Positions 11,487 through 24,848 are shown, counted from the first letter of the whole stretch. The stretch: 63,034 bases of DNA, filler included, from Octopus bimaculoides (GCF_001194135.2; 5 parts of 5 records of this genome joined end to end with filler, not necessarily neighbours in it), one strand, 5' to 3'. Program-made: numbers and translations. The notes: generated from the letters alone by a model not told the origin.

Positions 11487-12840
11487 AGAGGAGGGAGTGT
11501 GAGATAGATTAAAAAATATGGAGATAGATAAATAGCTATATGGATAGTTGAATAGATAGATAAATAGATAGATAGATTGATATTGTGAGAATTCGATGGT
11601 TCAAGACTTAGTAAATGTTCTAAAACCACTACAGCCACGACTAACTTTTCCCCTGTCACTCATTACCTCACAAACGTTAGCCTTCCAACGTGACGTCATG
11701 CTTTGCACGACACACACATTTACCTCAATAACAAAAAAATTATCTACACTAAACAATTTATCTGTCTATTCTATTCGCTACTCAAAAATCTCTAATTGAC
11801 CTTCAAGCAGAAAACAACACTTAACCCTCAAAAAATATATTCCGCTACACTCTAAATTCCATCTTACATAATAGCATTTTCCCCTTATTCACATTCCTCT
11901 AAATAGCCAAAATACCATTCTCTGATAAGCACAGGCTGAAAAAAAAGAAAAAAAAAAAACCCAAATCCATCTAGATGATTTCTTGTCTGCCCAAAAATCT
12001 CTGTTGTTCCAAGTAACCGATCCCCCAAATATTGTATAAAAAGACACACATATATAAAGTATACAAAGACCAAATGTATTAACTGATAAAAAATATATCA
12101 ATGAAAATAGAAATAGCCCTCTTCCAAAGAAATCTACTTTCCCTCCAGCATTCCCACCCCCAGACACCTTCTAGTGAAATCCACCACCTATGAATACAAT
12201 ATCGATTTGTTAATCGTTCATTGATCTGGAGGTTTGCAGTCCGGCATAAGACCATTAGTTGCTGTGAAGCATTAACTGTTTCAAACCTCATAATAAATCT
12301 TTATTCTACAAATCTATCGACTTCTCTTCCTTTTTATAAGTAGTATCACTTAATACATCCTTTACTCTCTCTCTCTTTCTCTCTCTCTCTCTCNNNNNNN
12401 NNNNNNNNNNNNNNNNNNNNNNNNNNNNNNNNNNNNNNNNNNNNNNNNNNNNNNNNNNNNNNNNNNNNNNNNNNNNNNNNNNNNNNNNNNNNNNNNNNNN
12501 NNNNNNNNNNNNNNNNNNNNNNNNNNNNNNNNNNNNNNNNNNNNNNNNNNNNNNNNNNNNNNNNNNNNNNNNNNNNNNNNNNNNNNNNNNNNNNNNNNNN
12601 NNNNNNNNNNNNNNNNNNNNNNNNNNNNNNNNNNNNNNNNNNNNNNNNNNNNNNNNNNNNNNNNNNNNNNNNNNNNNNNNNNNNNNNNNNNNNNNNNNNN
12701 NNNNNNNNNNNNNNNNNNNNNNNNNNNNNNNNNNNNNNNNNNNNNNNNNNNNNNNNNNNNNNNNNNNNNNNNNNNNNNNNNNNNNNNNNNNNNNNNNNNN
12801 NNNNNNNNNNNNNNNNNNNNNNNNNNNNNNNNNNNNNNNN

Positions 12841-14400
12841 ACTCCCTCTAGCTGAGCTCTGGAGAAACTCACTTGATGCAGGTTACATTCCTGATCATTT
12901 TCTTTACCAATCTGTTGTTCCAGTCTTCAAGAAGGGAAACAACTCTCTTGCAGTGAACTACCATCCGATTTCACTCACCCCTCATATCCTTAAAGTATTT
13001 GAGAGGGTGGTGAGATCGCGAATCACTCACTTCCACGAAGACAACAATCTACTGAACCTCAACCAGCATGGTTTCCATGATGGCAGGGACTGCCTGTCGC
13101 AGCTTCTGCACCATTTTGATGATATCTTAAAAGCGTTGGGAGAAGGCTCCAACACTGACGTCATGTACCTTGATTTCAGCATTTGACAGAGTGGACCACA
13201 TAATCCTGCTGAAGAAACTGTTCAACGTTGGAGTCCGTGAAAAGCTGCTGCAGTGGATAAAGTGTTTCCTGATAAACAGAACCCAACATGTTGTGTTTGA
13301 GGGAATACGATCCAGTTCAGACAAAGTTAGTAGTGGTGTCCCACAAGGTACTGTGTCGGGCCCACTTCTCTTCATTATCTTCATCAATGACATAGTGGCC
13401 GTCGTCAAACATTCTACATTGAAAATCTTTGAAGATGATTCCAAACTCCAGAAAGCCATAAACGATATGGGAGACCGAACATGCCTTCAGTTAGATCTGT
13501 TTGCTGTTCTCCAATAGGCGGTAAAAAACAATGGACCTCTACATGAAGATAAACTTGATTTGATCCACTTTGGAAAAGAGGACATCTGAAATTACCATAT
13601 GCTCTTCCCTCGGGTGGGCGACACCCTAGTGTCATCCAACAACAATAGAGATCTTAGAGTAAGTGTTGATAACAATCTAAGCTGGAGTTCTCACATAAAC
13701 AGCAAGGTTGACTTGGCCCGCAAGATGTGCTCCTGGATTCTGAGAACTTTCCGGTCTAGAGATGACCATACCATCATTCTTTTCTACTCTACTTTTACCC
13801 GACACCACCTTGTGTACTGTTGCCCACTGCGATCTTCCCATACGAAGCAACTCATTATGAAAGTAGAAGCACTCCAGAGGTCAATAACAAGAAAGATAGA
13901 CGGCATGAGAGACATTAAATATTGGGGTCGACTAAAAAACTTCAATCTCTACTTTCTCCAACGACACCGGGAACGTTACATCATTTGTGTGACATGGAAA
14001 ATATTCCATCAATATTGCACAAATGATATTGGCATCAATTTAAAAATCTATCTAAAATTTGGCCCCCGTGCTATCTGTTTGCTGTTCTCCAAAAATCGAA
14101 CTCAGGACACATTACAACATTGCTTCGTTACTTTACCTCAACCGGTCCAGCTCTCTTTAATACCATATCAAAATACGTCGAAACGGAAACGGATCCCATA
14201 AAATTCAAATGTTCACTAGACTAATTTCTTCAAAAAATTTCGGACCAATCTCCTACACCCGGATATGTCTTCAACAATAACTCTTTGTTAGAGTTCGCCG
14301 TGGTACCCCATATTTGACTAAAAGACTTCACCAGCAGGTGCTATTAAGTTAGACATGGCCTGGGCCTATACTGCCCGAAACCCATCAAATTTATCAAAGT
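12841..14400 (+). mobile_element. CR1/L2-group LINE, 5'-truncated RT and C-terminus, frameshifted
   Basis: NYHPISLTPHILKVFER, NQHGF, YLDFS/AFDRVDH, SGVPQGTVSGPLLFIIFIND, FEDDSKL (degenerate YADD), DLRVSVDNNLSW, WILRTF, EALQRSITRKI. Ends before a TA/TG tract. Confidence 0.92.
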
Positions 14401-14517
14401 TATATATATATGTGTTTATATGTGTGTGTGTGTGTGTGTNNNNNNNNNNNNNNNNNNNNNNNNNNNNNNNNNNNNNNNNNNNNNGCGCGCGTGCGTATGC
14501 GCGCGTGTGTGTATGAA

Positions 14518-14848
14518 GGCACATGGCTCAGTGGTTAGAGCGTCGAGCTTGCGATCGTGAGGTAGCGAGCTCGATTCCTGGACCGGGCTGCTTTTGTGTT
14601 CTTGAGCAAGACACTTTATTTTACGTTGCTCCAGTTAACTCAGCTATAGAAATGAGTTGCAACATCACTGGTGTTAAGATGTATCGGCCCCTTTACCTTT
14701 CCCTTGGATAACATCAGTGGTGTGGAGAGGGGAGGCTGGTATGCATGGGCGACTGCTGGCCTTCCACAAAGAACATTGCCCGGACTTGTGCCTCGGAGGG
14801 TTACTTTCTAGGTGCAATCACATGGTCATTCGTGACCGAAGGGGGGTA
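14518..14848 (+). mobile_element. tRNA-derived SINE family C (CORE-like central motif, tentative)
   Basis: tggctcagtggttagagc (A box), gctcgattcc (B-box-like), tgttcttgagcaagacacttt...gctccagt..actcagct. Homologous to 53932-54220. Confidence 0.8.
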
Positions 14849-16045
14849 CATTTATATAGGTATGTTGATGCAAACAGGAAAAATAGAACTCAAAATATGA
14901 ATATTTCCATATTTTTATTAATATTGAGCAGAAGTAACAGAGTGACTCAAGGTCCGAGAGTTTCGTGTGTTGGCACTTAGTTTGGTATGTGCTAACGCAC
15001 GAAGACCTTTGCTTTTACTCAAAGATTCATAAAAGTTAATTTGTTGTTTGTCTTTGTTGCTGTTGTTGTTGTTGTTGTTGTTGTTTTTGTTGTTGTTGCT
15101 TTTTGGGGACCCAAAGACATCGTTACAAGAACATCGACGTCAAAATCAACGGTTGTGACACAGGCAAGACCATAACTGAAATATGATCGGACACTAATTG
15201 ATATCAAAATGACTGTTTCTAAACTAGACACTGTCTTCGCCACAACCAAAACCACAACAACGATGACGACTGCCCCACCACCAACACCACTACTACCACC
15301 ACTACTGACAACAACGACAACAACAGCAACGAAATTTAGAAATTCAAGGTATCCTTTACGTGAAATATCAACTAAACCTGCTTCAAATCAAACTCAAGCG
15401 TTTTTTAAGAACTGAAACACGCTAAATGATGCTGTCGAGGTAGATATTTGCTTGAAATTAGACAGTAGGGTCGTGGTTGGAATGCATTTGTTCATAGATC
15501 AGGTCGGGAATAAACAACAACAGAAAACAATAACAAGAAAAATATTACATGTAGAACGCTAAATGTTGATTTATGCGAAATCTGCTGCAGAAAGTAGCTA
15601 ATGCTTGTCATAAGAGTGATACAATTGTTTTACCATCATCGTGCTGTATTTTCTTTAGCTTCGGCTTCCTGATTTCTTTATTAATATTATTATGAGCAGT
15701 AGTATTAATATTAGATTTAGCGTTCATAGTGTAGTTGCTGTTGTTCTTGTTGTTATTTTTGTGTCTATTGATGCTGTTTATATTTTTCTAGTGATCTTTG
15801 TTCTTTTACAATCAAGAAAAAGCGAACAAGAAAATATATATAAAGAACACACCAGTAAAAAGATAAATAATAATGCGAAATTTCAGTTATCATTTTGAAC
15901 AGCGGTTATTGATCACTTGGGTGTAATAACTGCCATACAGAACTATGTGATAAACAGTAGAAATGTGGGCATATGGATGCATATATGTGTGTGTGTTTGG
16001 GTGAGCGTGTATGCATATATGTATGTATGTGTGTGTGTGTGTATA

Positions 16046-16088
<43 letters not shown>

Positions 16089-16213
16089 ATGCACACATAC
16101 ATATTTCTGTTTTTACGTATGTGCATATGTATGAATGAATCACTATATATATGCACGCATGTATGTATATAGATACATACATACATAGACACATCTATCT
16201 ATCTATCTATCTA

Positions 16214-16256
<43 letters not shown>

Positions 16257-16494
16257 NNNNNNNNNNNNNNNNNNNNNNNNNNNNNNNNNNNNNNNNNNNN
16301 NNNNNNNNNNNNNNNNNNNNNNNNNNNNNNNNNNNNNNNNNNNNNNNNNNNNNNNNNNNNNNNNNNNNNNNNNNNNNNNNNNNNNNNNNNNNNNNNNNNN
16401 NNNNNNNNNNNNNNNNNNNNNNNNNNNNNNNNNNNNNNNNNNNNNNNNNNNNNNNNNNNNNNNNNNNNNNNNNNNNNNNNNNNNNNNNNNNNNN

Positions 16495-16600
16495 AGAAGA
16501 AGAAGAAGAAGAAGAAGAAGAAGAAGAAGAAGAAGAAGAAGAAGAAGAAGAAGAAGAAGAAGAAGAAGAAGAAGAAGAAGAAGAAGAAGAAGAAGAAGAA
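16495..16600. repeat. Pure (AGA)n microsatellite
   Basis: Directly visible at a gap edge. Confidence 0.95.
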
Positions 16601-16815
16601 GACACATGCACAGATAGAGATATGAAGAGATAGAGATAGAGAAGGAGGGGGACACGAAAAACAGAGGGAGAGACCGAAGGAAAATGCAAAAGAACGATAG
16701 TAAGAGAAAGGGGAGACCATCTGCAACAAATGTCAGAAATAAAGGAATATTAAAGCTGATATCATTACTATTATTATTATTATTATTATTATCATTATTA
16801 TTATTATTATTATTA

Positions 16816-16860
<45 letters not shown>

Positions 16861-17252
16861 TGACAGAGTCAGACCACGATGTTAAAACGTATATCACATA
16901 GAGAACATATAAGAGAAAAATATCTAATTATTATTATATATAGATGATACTTTTATTATTACTACAATAGTTGCCGTTATTGTTGTTGTTGTTGGTGGAG
17001 GTGTTGTTGTTGTTGCGGTTATTGTGTTTCGGTTTGTTGTTGTTTTCTCTTGTGTGTTGTACATTTGTTGAATCGATTGTGTTTGTGACAAGGAATGATT
17101 TCGTTCTTTCGCAAATAACTCAGCATGTCAATGCATTTGTTTGATTAAAAATAACAGGAATCCCAAAGGAAGTGTCTGCTGTTGTTGTCTTCTTTTTATT
17201 TTTTTTTTTTTACATATTCTTCATTTTTTTTTATTTTTCATTATTTTTCATC

Positions 17253-17334
<82 letters not shown>

Positions 17335-17938
17335 TTTGCATTATGATTTCAGTTTCTTGTGCGAATAAGAACACTATTAGCTTATTTCTGGTTTTGTGCG
17401 TCAGTGTAAAAGTGAGATTGCGATGTGTGTACTTGGGTGCGAGTGTCTGTGTGAATGTGTATGTTCGTGCGTGTTAGTGTGTGTGTGTGTAATAGCGGTA
17501 TTGATAGTATGTTAGATTGAGAGTCTGAAAGTGTGAAAGAATAAGAGAGGGAATATATATATCAGCGTATGAATATATTCGTTTCTTTTTCTCGTCTGAA
17601 TGTATCACACACACTCTAACACCCATACACGTACACACACTAACATATTTTACATGCATATGTATTTATACATATATATATATACATATACATACATATA
17701 TATCTCTTTAGATGCTTATATATGCCCGTATATGTGTGTGTGTGTGAAAATATATTTCTATTTATATTCTTTCATGCATGCATACATGTTTATAGACACA
17801 TGTGTGTGTGTCTGTATGTGTCTGTATGTGTCTGTGTGTGTCTGTATGTGTATGAATATGTGTGTGCTTATGTGTGAATTTGATAATATTACTGTAAATG
17901 AAAAACATTAATGTGTAGTAATATATATATGAATTAGA

Positions 17939-18012
<74 letters not shown>

Positions 18013-18130
18013 CGGGTGTGTACATCCTTCAGTGTGTCGGTGTGTCTATGTATGCCAATATATGAACATATATATAATAGTAATCTCGACGCGATCTAAA
18101 AGAACATTATTGAACACCCACGCGTGCGCG

Positions 18131-18164
<34 letters not shown>

Positions 18165-18269
18165 ATCACTCAGACCTAACATAAAATGTTAGCTGTTTGT
18201 TCGTTGCTAATCCAAATGGATGTGACATTAAATGTACTTGCGTTGAATATTTGTGAACGTAAGAATAAA

Positions 18270-18382
18270 AGTACGAAGCCAGGTAATAATCGTCAAAGGG
18301 CCACCTCCAAGGAAATGTAAATAATGAGTAGTGTCCTGCAGTGTCTTGGGGCCACCACTCTTCATAATGGCCCCTCAGCCAC

Positions 18383-18434
<52 letters not shown>

Positions 18435-19060
18435 CCGTATAAGCTCTGTTGACGACACAAATGTCTCAGAAATGATAGAAAACCTTGGAGATGCTACGCA
18501 CCTACAACAAGAGTTAGACACAGACATAATACACAGGACGAAAGTGATTGCAGTTCCAAACTCACAATCAGGGCTCATGAGTAATGATGCCTCCCTCCAC
18601 GTGCATATTACGAAGTTGGCAGTGAACATGTATGAGGTGCCCGGATAGATTCTTAGAACATTCAGAATGAGAGAATAGAAAACCGTGATAGTCCTGTAGA
18701 GCAGTGGTTCCCAAAATTTCTCGGGCTACCGCCCCCACCTCTCTTCACACTTGATCCACATCCCTAGTGCCCCACTCCGACTCAGCGCTACAAACGTAGA
18801 CCACTTTCTGCTGCAAATTCAAAGCAATAGCATTTCACAAACAAAACTTAACCTAATTAACCTTTTTTCTTTTTTGGTGGGGGGGTTACACCTTATTATC
18901 GCCCCACTTTTCTTCAACGCCCCTCTTGATCTTTCCGCCGACCACAGATGGGGCAGTACTGCCCACTTCGGGAACAAATGCTCTAGAGGACAGTTGTCCT
19001 AAGCCGTTTGAATTACGGCTCCCACTATAGTTACCACTTAGAGTACAGGTTGGTCTGAAA
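18270..19060 (+). mobile_element. Older CR1-like LINE fragment interrupted by (AG)n and a hAT MITE
   Basis: SQVIIVKGATSKEM*IMSSV..SVLGPPLFI, (AG)n, SSVDDTNVS..LQQELD, ILRTFRMRE*KTVIVL*R. After removing the MITE and one TSD copy the frame continues TVVLSRLNYGS. Confidence 0.7.
18702..18980. mobile_element. hAT (Charlie-type) MITE, 279 bp
   Basis: TIRs cagtggttcccaaa / ttcgggaacaaatg (11 of 14 match). 8-bp TSD ctgtagag (18694-18701) / ctctagag (18981-18988) fits the NTCTAGAN preference of Charlie-type hATs. Confidence 0.85.
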
Positions 19061-19397
19061 GTCTTGTGACCCCCTACCAAAAATTAATTAGAACAATAGA
19101 GGGACAATATAATAATATGAAACACATGTACTGGTTTTTGTATATTTATTTTCATTGACACTGACACTGTCACACGTCCACAAGGCCTGTATGAACACCA
19201 ACAGCTTCGTAAAATATCACACAGTACATGGTACCGCATCATTTTGTGCCACGAAAATGATACAATTAATTGCGCAAATCGAAGCAATTCAGCGAAACTA
19301 TTGAAAGGAACAGTTTAGCGATTAGGAAAAGAGGGAAAAGAGTCCTCTCCCTGGAACGAAGGTAGGAAAGATATGTCGTAATACATATCTGGAAGAA

Positions 19398-19610
19398 GGC
19401 GGCGAGCTGGCAGAGACGTTAGCACGCCGGGAGAAATGCTTAGCGGTATTTCGTCTGTCTTTATGTTCTGTGTTCAAATTCCGCTGAGGCCAACTTTGCC
19501 TTTCATCCTTTCGGGGTCGATAAATTAAGTACCAGTTGTGTACTGGGGTCGATCTAATCGATTGGTCCCCTCTCCAAAAATTTCGGGCCTTGTACCTAGA
19601 GTAGAAAAGA
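19398..19610 (+). mobile_element. SINE family A, full length
   Basis: Complete head-body-tail. Possible TSD atctggaag at 19387-19395 and 19622-19630. Confidence 0.88.
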
Positions 19611-19699
19611 AAAGATAATGCATCTGGAAGGTGCATCCATGTACATCCAACCATTCTCACACACGAGAATACTAAAAATAAACCCAACCGCTCCTAAAA

Positions 19700-19913
19700 A
19701 TTAAGTAAAGAAACAGGAAAAATAATCCAGAATCCTTGTCCGGTACCAGATTGATTCCAAAATTTAATCAGTTTGTGCCAGTCACGAGGCCAAACATCTC
19801 TGAAAGTTTAATCCGAATCCATCGAGCAGTTCTTGAGAAACCTTGTCCACTGAAAAACAAACAAACAAAGACGACTGACAACAATACTTACGCCTTAGCG
19901 AAGGCAGATGTAA
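19700..19913 (+). mobile_element. Non-autonomous Helentron/HINE-like element (tentative)
   Basis: ccaaaatttaatcag...gaaagtttaatccgaatccatc...(aaac)n followed by a terminal stem-loop GCCTT-agcg-AAGGC (19892-19905), the usual layout of HINE/DINE-like repeats. Confidence 0.45.
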
Positions 19914-20397
19914 TGAATAAATAAATCAATAAACTATTAAAACAAAATATAAGAGGCAAACCCAAAAATATATGGTTTCGTTATTCTTCTCAAATGATGT
20001 ATATGTATGTTTGTTTGAGTTGCTAGAAGTAGTGGCTAAAATTCCATCTATAGTCTTTAGTGAATAATAAAGAACACATGAAATAACGTTACCTAAAATA
20101 GTCAGTGACATAAATGTCAAAAAAATAAGTACGATTCTTTCTCATCGATGGAATACATTTGATCCCAGCTCTGCTGGATTGGAGTTAGCCTGGGGTTTGT
20201 CACAACTACAACAACGACAAGAAGAAACAACAATAATAACAACACCGACGACGGTGACGACAACAGCAACAACAACAGAGACGATAAACGAGAGAATAGC
20301 GCAAACCTTTTAAGATTTCTGCTGGAACACATCTAAAACAACCTAGTCTAGTAGCCATAAACATAGTTATGAATATGGACCTAACGTTAAGGTATTT

Positions 20398-21432
20398 GTA
20401 ACGGTGCGTGTAACAGTACAATTGCTCTCCACGTCATTGACTGTCGTTTAGGTATTTACAATGGTACGGTTATCAAAATCTAGAATAATGTAAGTTTTCT
20501 GTTTTATGTCTTATATAATTCTCTGATAGTAAATGGTTTTAAATTTGGTGCAGCAATTTACTGGAAAGTTCCACCAATATTTCTTGTTAAAAGTGAGCAC
20601 ATTTTCTAGACTTGATTGAGTTTCACACACTTTCTCCGAAGATGTAGTATTAGTTTCTGATTTACGTTACGGATATACATAAAATCTTACCTTTGGTTAC
20701 TGAAAAAGATAACGTAAAGACAGACGAAATACCGCTAATCATTTTACCCGGCGTGCTAACGTTTCTGCCAGCTCGCCGCCTTAAAGTAAAGTCGCCGGAT
20801 TTTGCACTTGTAACGTGAAAACGGAATGCAGCTAAGCATTTTGCCCGGCGTGCTAATGATTCTGCCAGCTCGCGGCCTTATAACGACAGCTATAATACCA
20901 TCACTCCGTAAAATATCATTACCTACATATGTAAATTTTTCTGTCAATATTGGAGTGAATTAAGACTAAAATCCAGAAGGTTTATACTTGACCAAACAGA
21001 TTTAATCATCATTCATGGATTTGTTAAATATATTCTTAAATATATCTTGGTCCAATCCGTGGCTCACTTGCAGCGCTCGCGACGTTTCATCAACCAAGGG
21101 AGGATGGAAGTTTCGGTAAAGGAGTTCTTCGCCTGGAAGGTTAAATGCTAGCTTAAAACGGTGCAATACATTGTCTCTACTTTGACTGCTAGTATGGCTA
21201 TTAAAATCTAGAATAATGCTTTATGTCTTATATAATTCTCTGATAATAAATGGTTTTAAATTTGGTGCAGGTATTTACTGGAAAATTCCACCAATATTTC
21301 TTGTTAAAAGTGAAAACATTTTCTAGATTTGATTGAGTTTCACATACTTTCTCCGAAGATATAGTATTAGTTTCTGACTTACGTTACGGATATACATAAA
21401 ATCTTACCTTTGGTTACGGAAAAAGAAAACGG
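20398..21432 (+). repeat. Direct duplication of ~280-320 bp (20398-20715 and 21157-21432)
   Basis: Closely matching core aaaatctagaataatg...cggatatacataaaatcttacctttggttac.gaaaaaga. Two SINE-A heads (20709-20782 and 20810-20879, minus) lie between the copies. Confidence 0.9.
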
Positions 21433-21553
21433 TAGCGCTTATGTTAGAAGGTGACTGACAGATAGTATCAGCAAGTGTATAAGAAGTTTTGGCGCCGCTC
21501 ATTTGGCACTGAATTATTTGACATCAGACAATTAAATATTTCTCTTGTTCTCT

Positions 21554-21610
<57 letters not shown>

Positions 21611-21905
21611 NNNNNNNNNNNNNNNNNNNNNNNNNNNNNNNNNNNNNNNNNNNNNNNNNNNNNNNNNNNNNNNNNNNNNNNNNNNNNNNNNNNNNNNNNN
21701 NNNNNNNNNNNNNNNNNNNNNNNNNNNNNNNNNNNNNNNNNNNNNNNNNNNNNNNNNNNNNNNNNNNNNNNNNNNNNNNNNNNNNNNNNNNNNNNNNNNN
21801 NNNNNNNNNNNNNNNNNNNNNNNNNNNNNNNNNNNNNNNNNNNNNNNNNNNNNNNNNNNNNNNNNNNNNNNNNNNNNNNNNNNNNNNNNNNNNNNNNNNN
21901 NNNNN

Positions 21906-21951
<46 letters not shown>

Positions 21952-22486
21952 ACACTTAAAGTAAAATATTCCAACGTGGTTAGAGTATCCGCACACACAC
22001 ACATACACACACACACACACACACATATACTCTATGCATTAATTTTGTCACTCTTTCATTTATATACCCAGACTGGATTGATTTAAAATTTCTTGTTTCA
22101 GTTTTGAGAGATAGACAGAGACTCTATCGACGATAATACGATTTCGATGGAATCAACTATTGGAAGTTAGAATCTTTTAGATTTTCATATCAACCACTTG
22201 CGATTGCATCTCCAGTACAATAACACATTTCGCATGTTATTGCCATTACTAATCCTGCACAGATATTGCACCGAATTAACCTTATATTAGACGAAATAAC
22301 TTGTTATATCTTTCTGAAACTTTTATCGTATTCTTTGGATTACCTTACTTTATAGATTATCTCTCCTGGCAGTATGGATTATTGTCTATTCTTAGCTATA
22401 TACAATATATGTGTATCCTGAAACATACATTGCTTACATAACCACATACGTATTTATATAGATACATATACGTAAACATAGTTGCA

Positions 22487-22620
22487 CGCGTGGCTGTGTG
22501 GTAAGAAGTTTGCTTACCAACCACAAAGTTCCGGGTTCAGTCCCATTATGCAGCACCTTCATGCCAACCAAAGCCTTGTGAGCGGATTTAGACTGAAACT
22601 GGAAGACGTCCGTCGTATGT
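22487..22620 (+). mobile_element. SINE head B, internally deleted, no D tail
   Basis: gcgtggctgtgtggtaagaagtttgcttaccaaccac...ttccgggttcagtccc. Confidence 0.7.
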
Positions 22621-22646
22621 ATGTATAACCCACCTCGACTAAATAA

Positions 22647-22869
22647 TTATTTCTACTCTAGGTACAAGGCCTTGAAAATTTTGGGGGAAGGGGACTAGTC
22701 GATTATATCGACCCCAGTGCGTAACTAGTACTTATTTCATTGACCCCGAAAGGATGAAAGACAAAGTCGACCTCGGCGGAGTTTGAACTCAGAACATAGC
22801 GGCAGACCAAATACCGCTAAGCATTTCGCCCGGCGTGCTAACGATTCTGCCAGTTAGCCGCCTTCCGCG
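22647..22869 (-). mobile_element. SINE family A with 12-bp TSD
   Basis: tcgactaaataa at 22635-22646 and 22870-22881 flanks a full-length copy. Confidence 0.9.
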
Positions 22870-24007
22870 TCGACTAAATAACAACAGACTCAAGGTATCT
22901 TCCCACAAGCTCTACCCAAGTGACCACATATAGTAGCAGTGATCATCCTTCCCACTCTACAAGTGCCGCGTTATAACACCGCACTCACACCAATCAAGGG
23001 TTTTATATCGGCGGCACTGTTGATTTATATATATAAGCGTACATACACACATATATATATAANNNNNNNNNNNNNNNNNNNNNNNNNNNNNNNNNNNNNN
23101 NNNNNNNNNNNNNNNNNNNNNNNNNNNNNNNNNNNNNNNNNNNNNNNNNNNNNNNNNNNNNNNNNNNNNNNNNNNNNNNNNNNNNNNNNNNNNNNNNNNN
23201 NNNNNNNNNNNNNNNNNNNNNNNNNNNNNNNNNNNNNNNNNNNNNNNNNNNNNNNNNNNNNNNNNNNNNNNNNNNNNNNNNNNNNNNNNNNNNNNNNNNN
23301 NNNNNNNNNNNNNNNNNNNNNNNNNNNNNNNNNNTATATATATACATATGCATATGTATGTATGTATACATTTGTGTATCTGTAGTATATATATATAATT
23401 TGTGTATGTGTGTTTGTATTGTCTCACCTTATATGAGACATTGCCATCAGGTGATTGTTTCACCTTTTCCAGAAGCAAAGATAGATTAAATAAATCACGA
23501 ATTTATCTTATATAGCAATTAATTTACTTTTATTCGTTTTTGTTCTTTAAATTCCCGTCAATGGCAACTCTGAGTTCTTTATCTTAGTTACTTTCTTGGT
23601 TCATATATGCAAATTAAACATTACCATCTTTCTTACTCATTTTGCAATTCTAAGATATTTAGAAGATATTTACGTGTCTAGATATTTTCTCTTGTCTCCG
23701 GATAGTGAGAATGTTTTTTACTTAAAGGAGTGTCCATTTCGGAGAATTCATTCATGAAAGTCCCTGCCCTTCATGTTCGGAATCGTTCCCAAATGCATTT
23801 AGTCGGTAGTTTTACCAATTCTGAAGTGACCGTTATTACAATAAATCAAGAATTTATCTTGTGTAGTACACAATATACCATTTTTATCTTTGTTGTACAA
23901 GATCATGTTACTAGGCACTCGGTGATATTTTTCATTTGATCGTATTTGTGTTATATTTCGTCTTTTTCTAAAGCACCTCTTCCTTTCAATACATTTTTCT
24001 GCAAACA

Positions 24008-24220
24008 AGGCGGTGAGCTGGCAGAAACGTTAGCAAACCGGGCGAAATGCATAGCAATATTTCGTCTGCCGTTACGTTCTGAATTCAAATTCCGCTGAGG
24101 TCGACTTTGCCTTTCATCGTTTCGGGGTCGATGAATTAAGTACCAGTTGCGTACTGGGGTCGATCTAATCGAATGGCCCCCTCTCTCAAAATTTCGGTCC
24201 TTGTCCCTACAGTAGAAAAA
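24008..24220 (+). mobile_element. SINE family A, full length
   Basis: aaggcggtgagctggcagaaacgttagc...gtagaaaaaa. Confidence 0.88.
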
Positions 24221-24439
24221 ATATGTGTACATGTGTATTTATGCATACATGTATGCGCGGGGATTGGGAAATACCTAGGCTGGTGTCCAGTCGTGCGGTT
24301 GGCCCACTGAGAGTGGGAGACCTCTCTGCTGTTGTCACAGCATCTCACCAGGAGAGGGAAACTCTGAGAGAAAACCTGCGTCACTGAAAATGTTCGATGA
24401 TGTGTGTGTATGTGCGTGTATTTATACATATAGTAAATC

Positions 24440-24630
24440 CCCCAAAAAGAAGAACAAACAAAAGACAACAACACGAGAACGTGGTACATGTAATGTTTTA
24501 GCAGGCGCTCAGGAAAGAAAAGATGATTTAACGTTTCGAGCCAATGCTCTTCTTCGGAAACAGAAAAGTCCAATAGAAGGGAAGACGGAGGAAGAAAATC
24601 GCCAACGACTTACATGTGGTTACATTTTGA
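24440..24630 (-). mobile_element. Short repeat with second hammerhead-like motif
   Basis: Minus strand gttt-CCGAAGA-A-GAGC-attg-GCTC-GAAAC-GTT-aaat (24526-24561), followed by ttcctgagcg, similar to ttcccgagcg after the 4.2-kb copy. Confidence 0.45.
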
Positions 24631-24774
24631 ACTATATATATGTTGGAAATAAAAGAATTTAACATATACGTTTTNNNNNNNNNNNNNNNNNNNNNNNNNN
24701 NNNNNNNNNNNNNNNNNNTTAATTAATTAANNNNNNNNNNNNNNNNNNNNNNNNNNNNNNNNNNNNNNNNNNNN

Positions 24775-24848
<74 letters not shown>

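Noticed and set aside
15040-15335. (GTT)n and (CAA/CAC)n tracts facing each other as an inverted repeat
   Set aside because: Complementarity is a trivial consequence of abundant simple repeats.
23700-23945. Moderately complex unique region with 69-aa ORFs on both strands
   Set aside because: No motif or splice-site support in any frame.
24719-24730. TTAATTAATTAA islands inside N-runs (also 37030-37041, 48282-48293, 61296-61307)
   Set aside because: An identical 12-mer centred in gaps, with stops in all six frames, is most simply an assembly spacer rather than biology.
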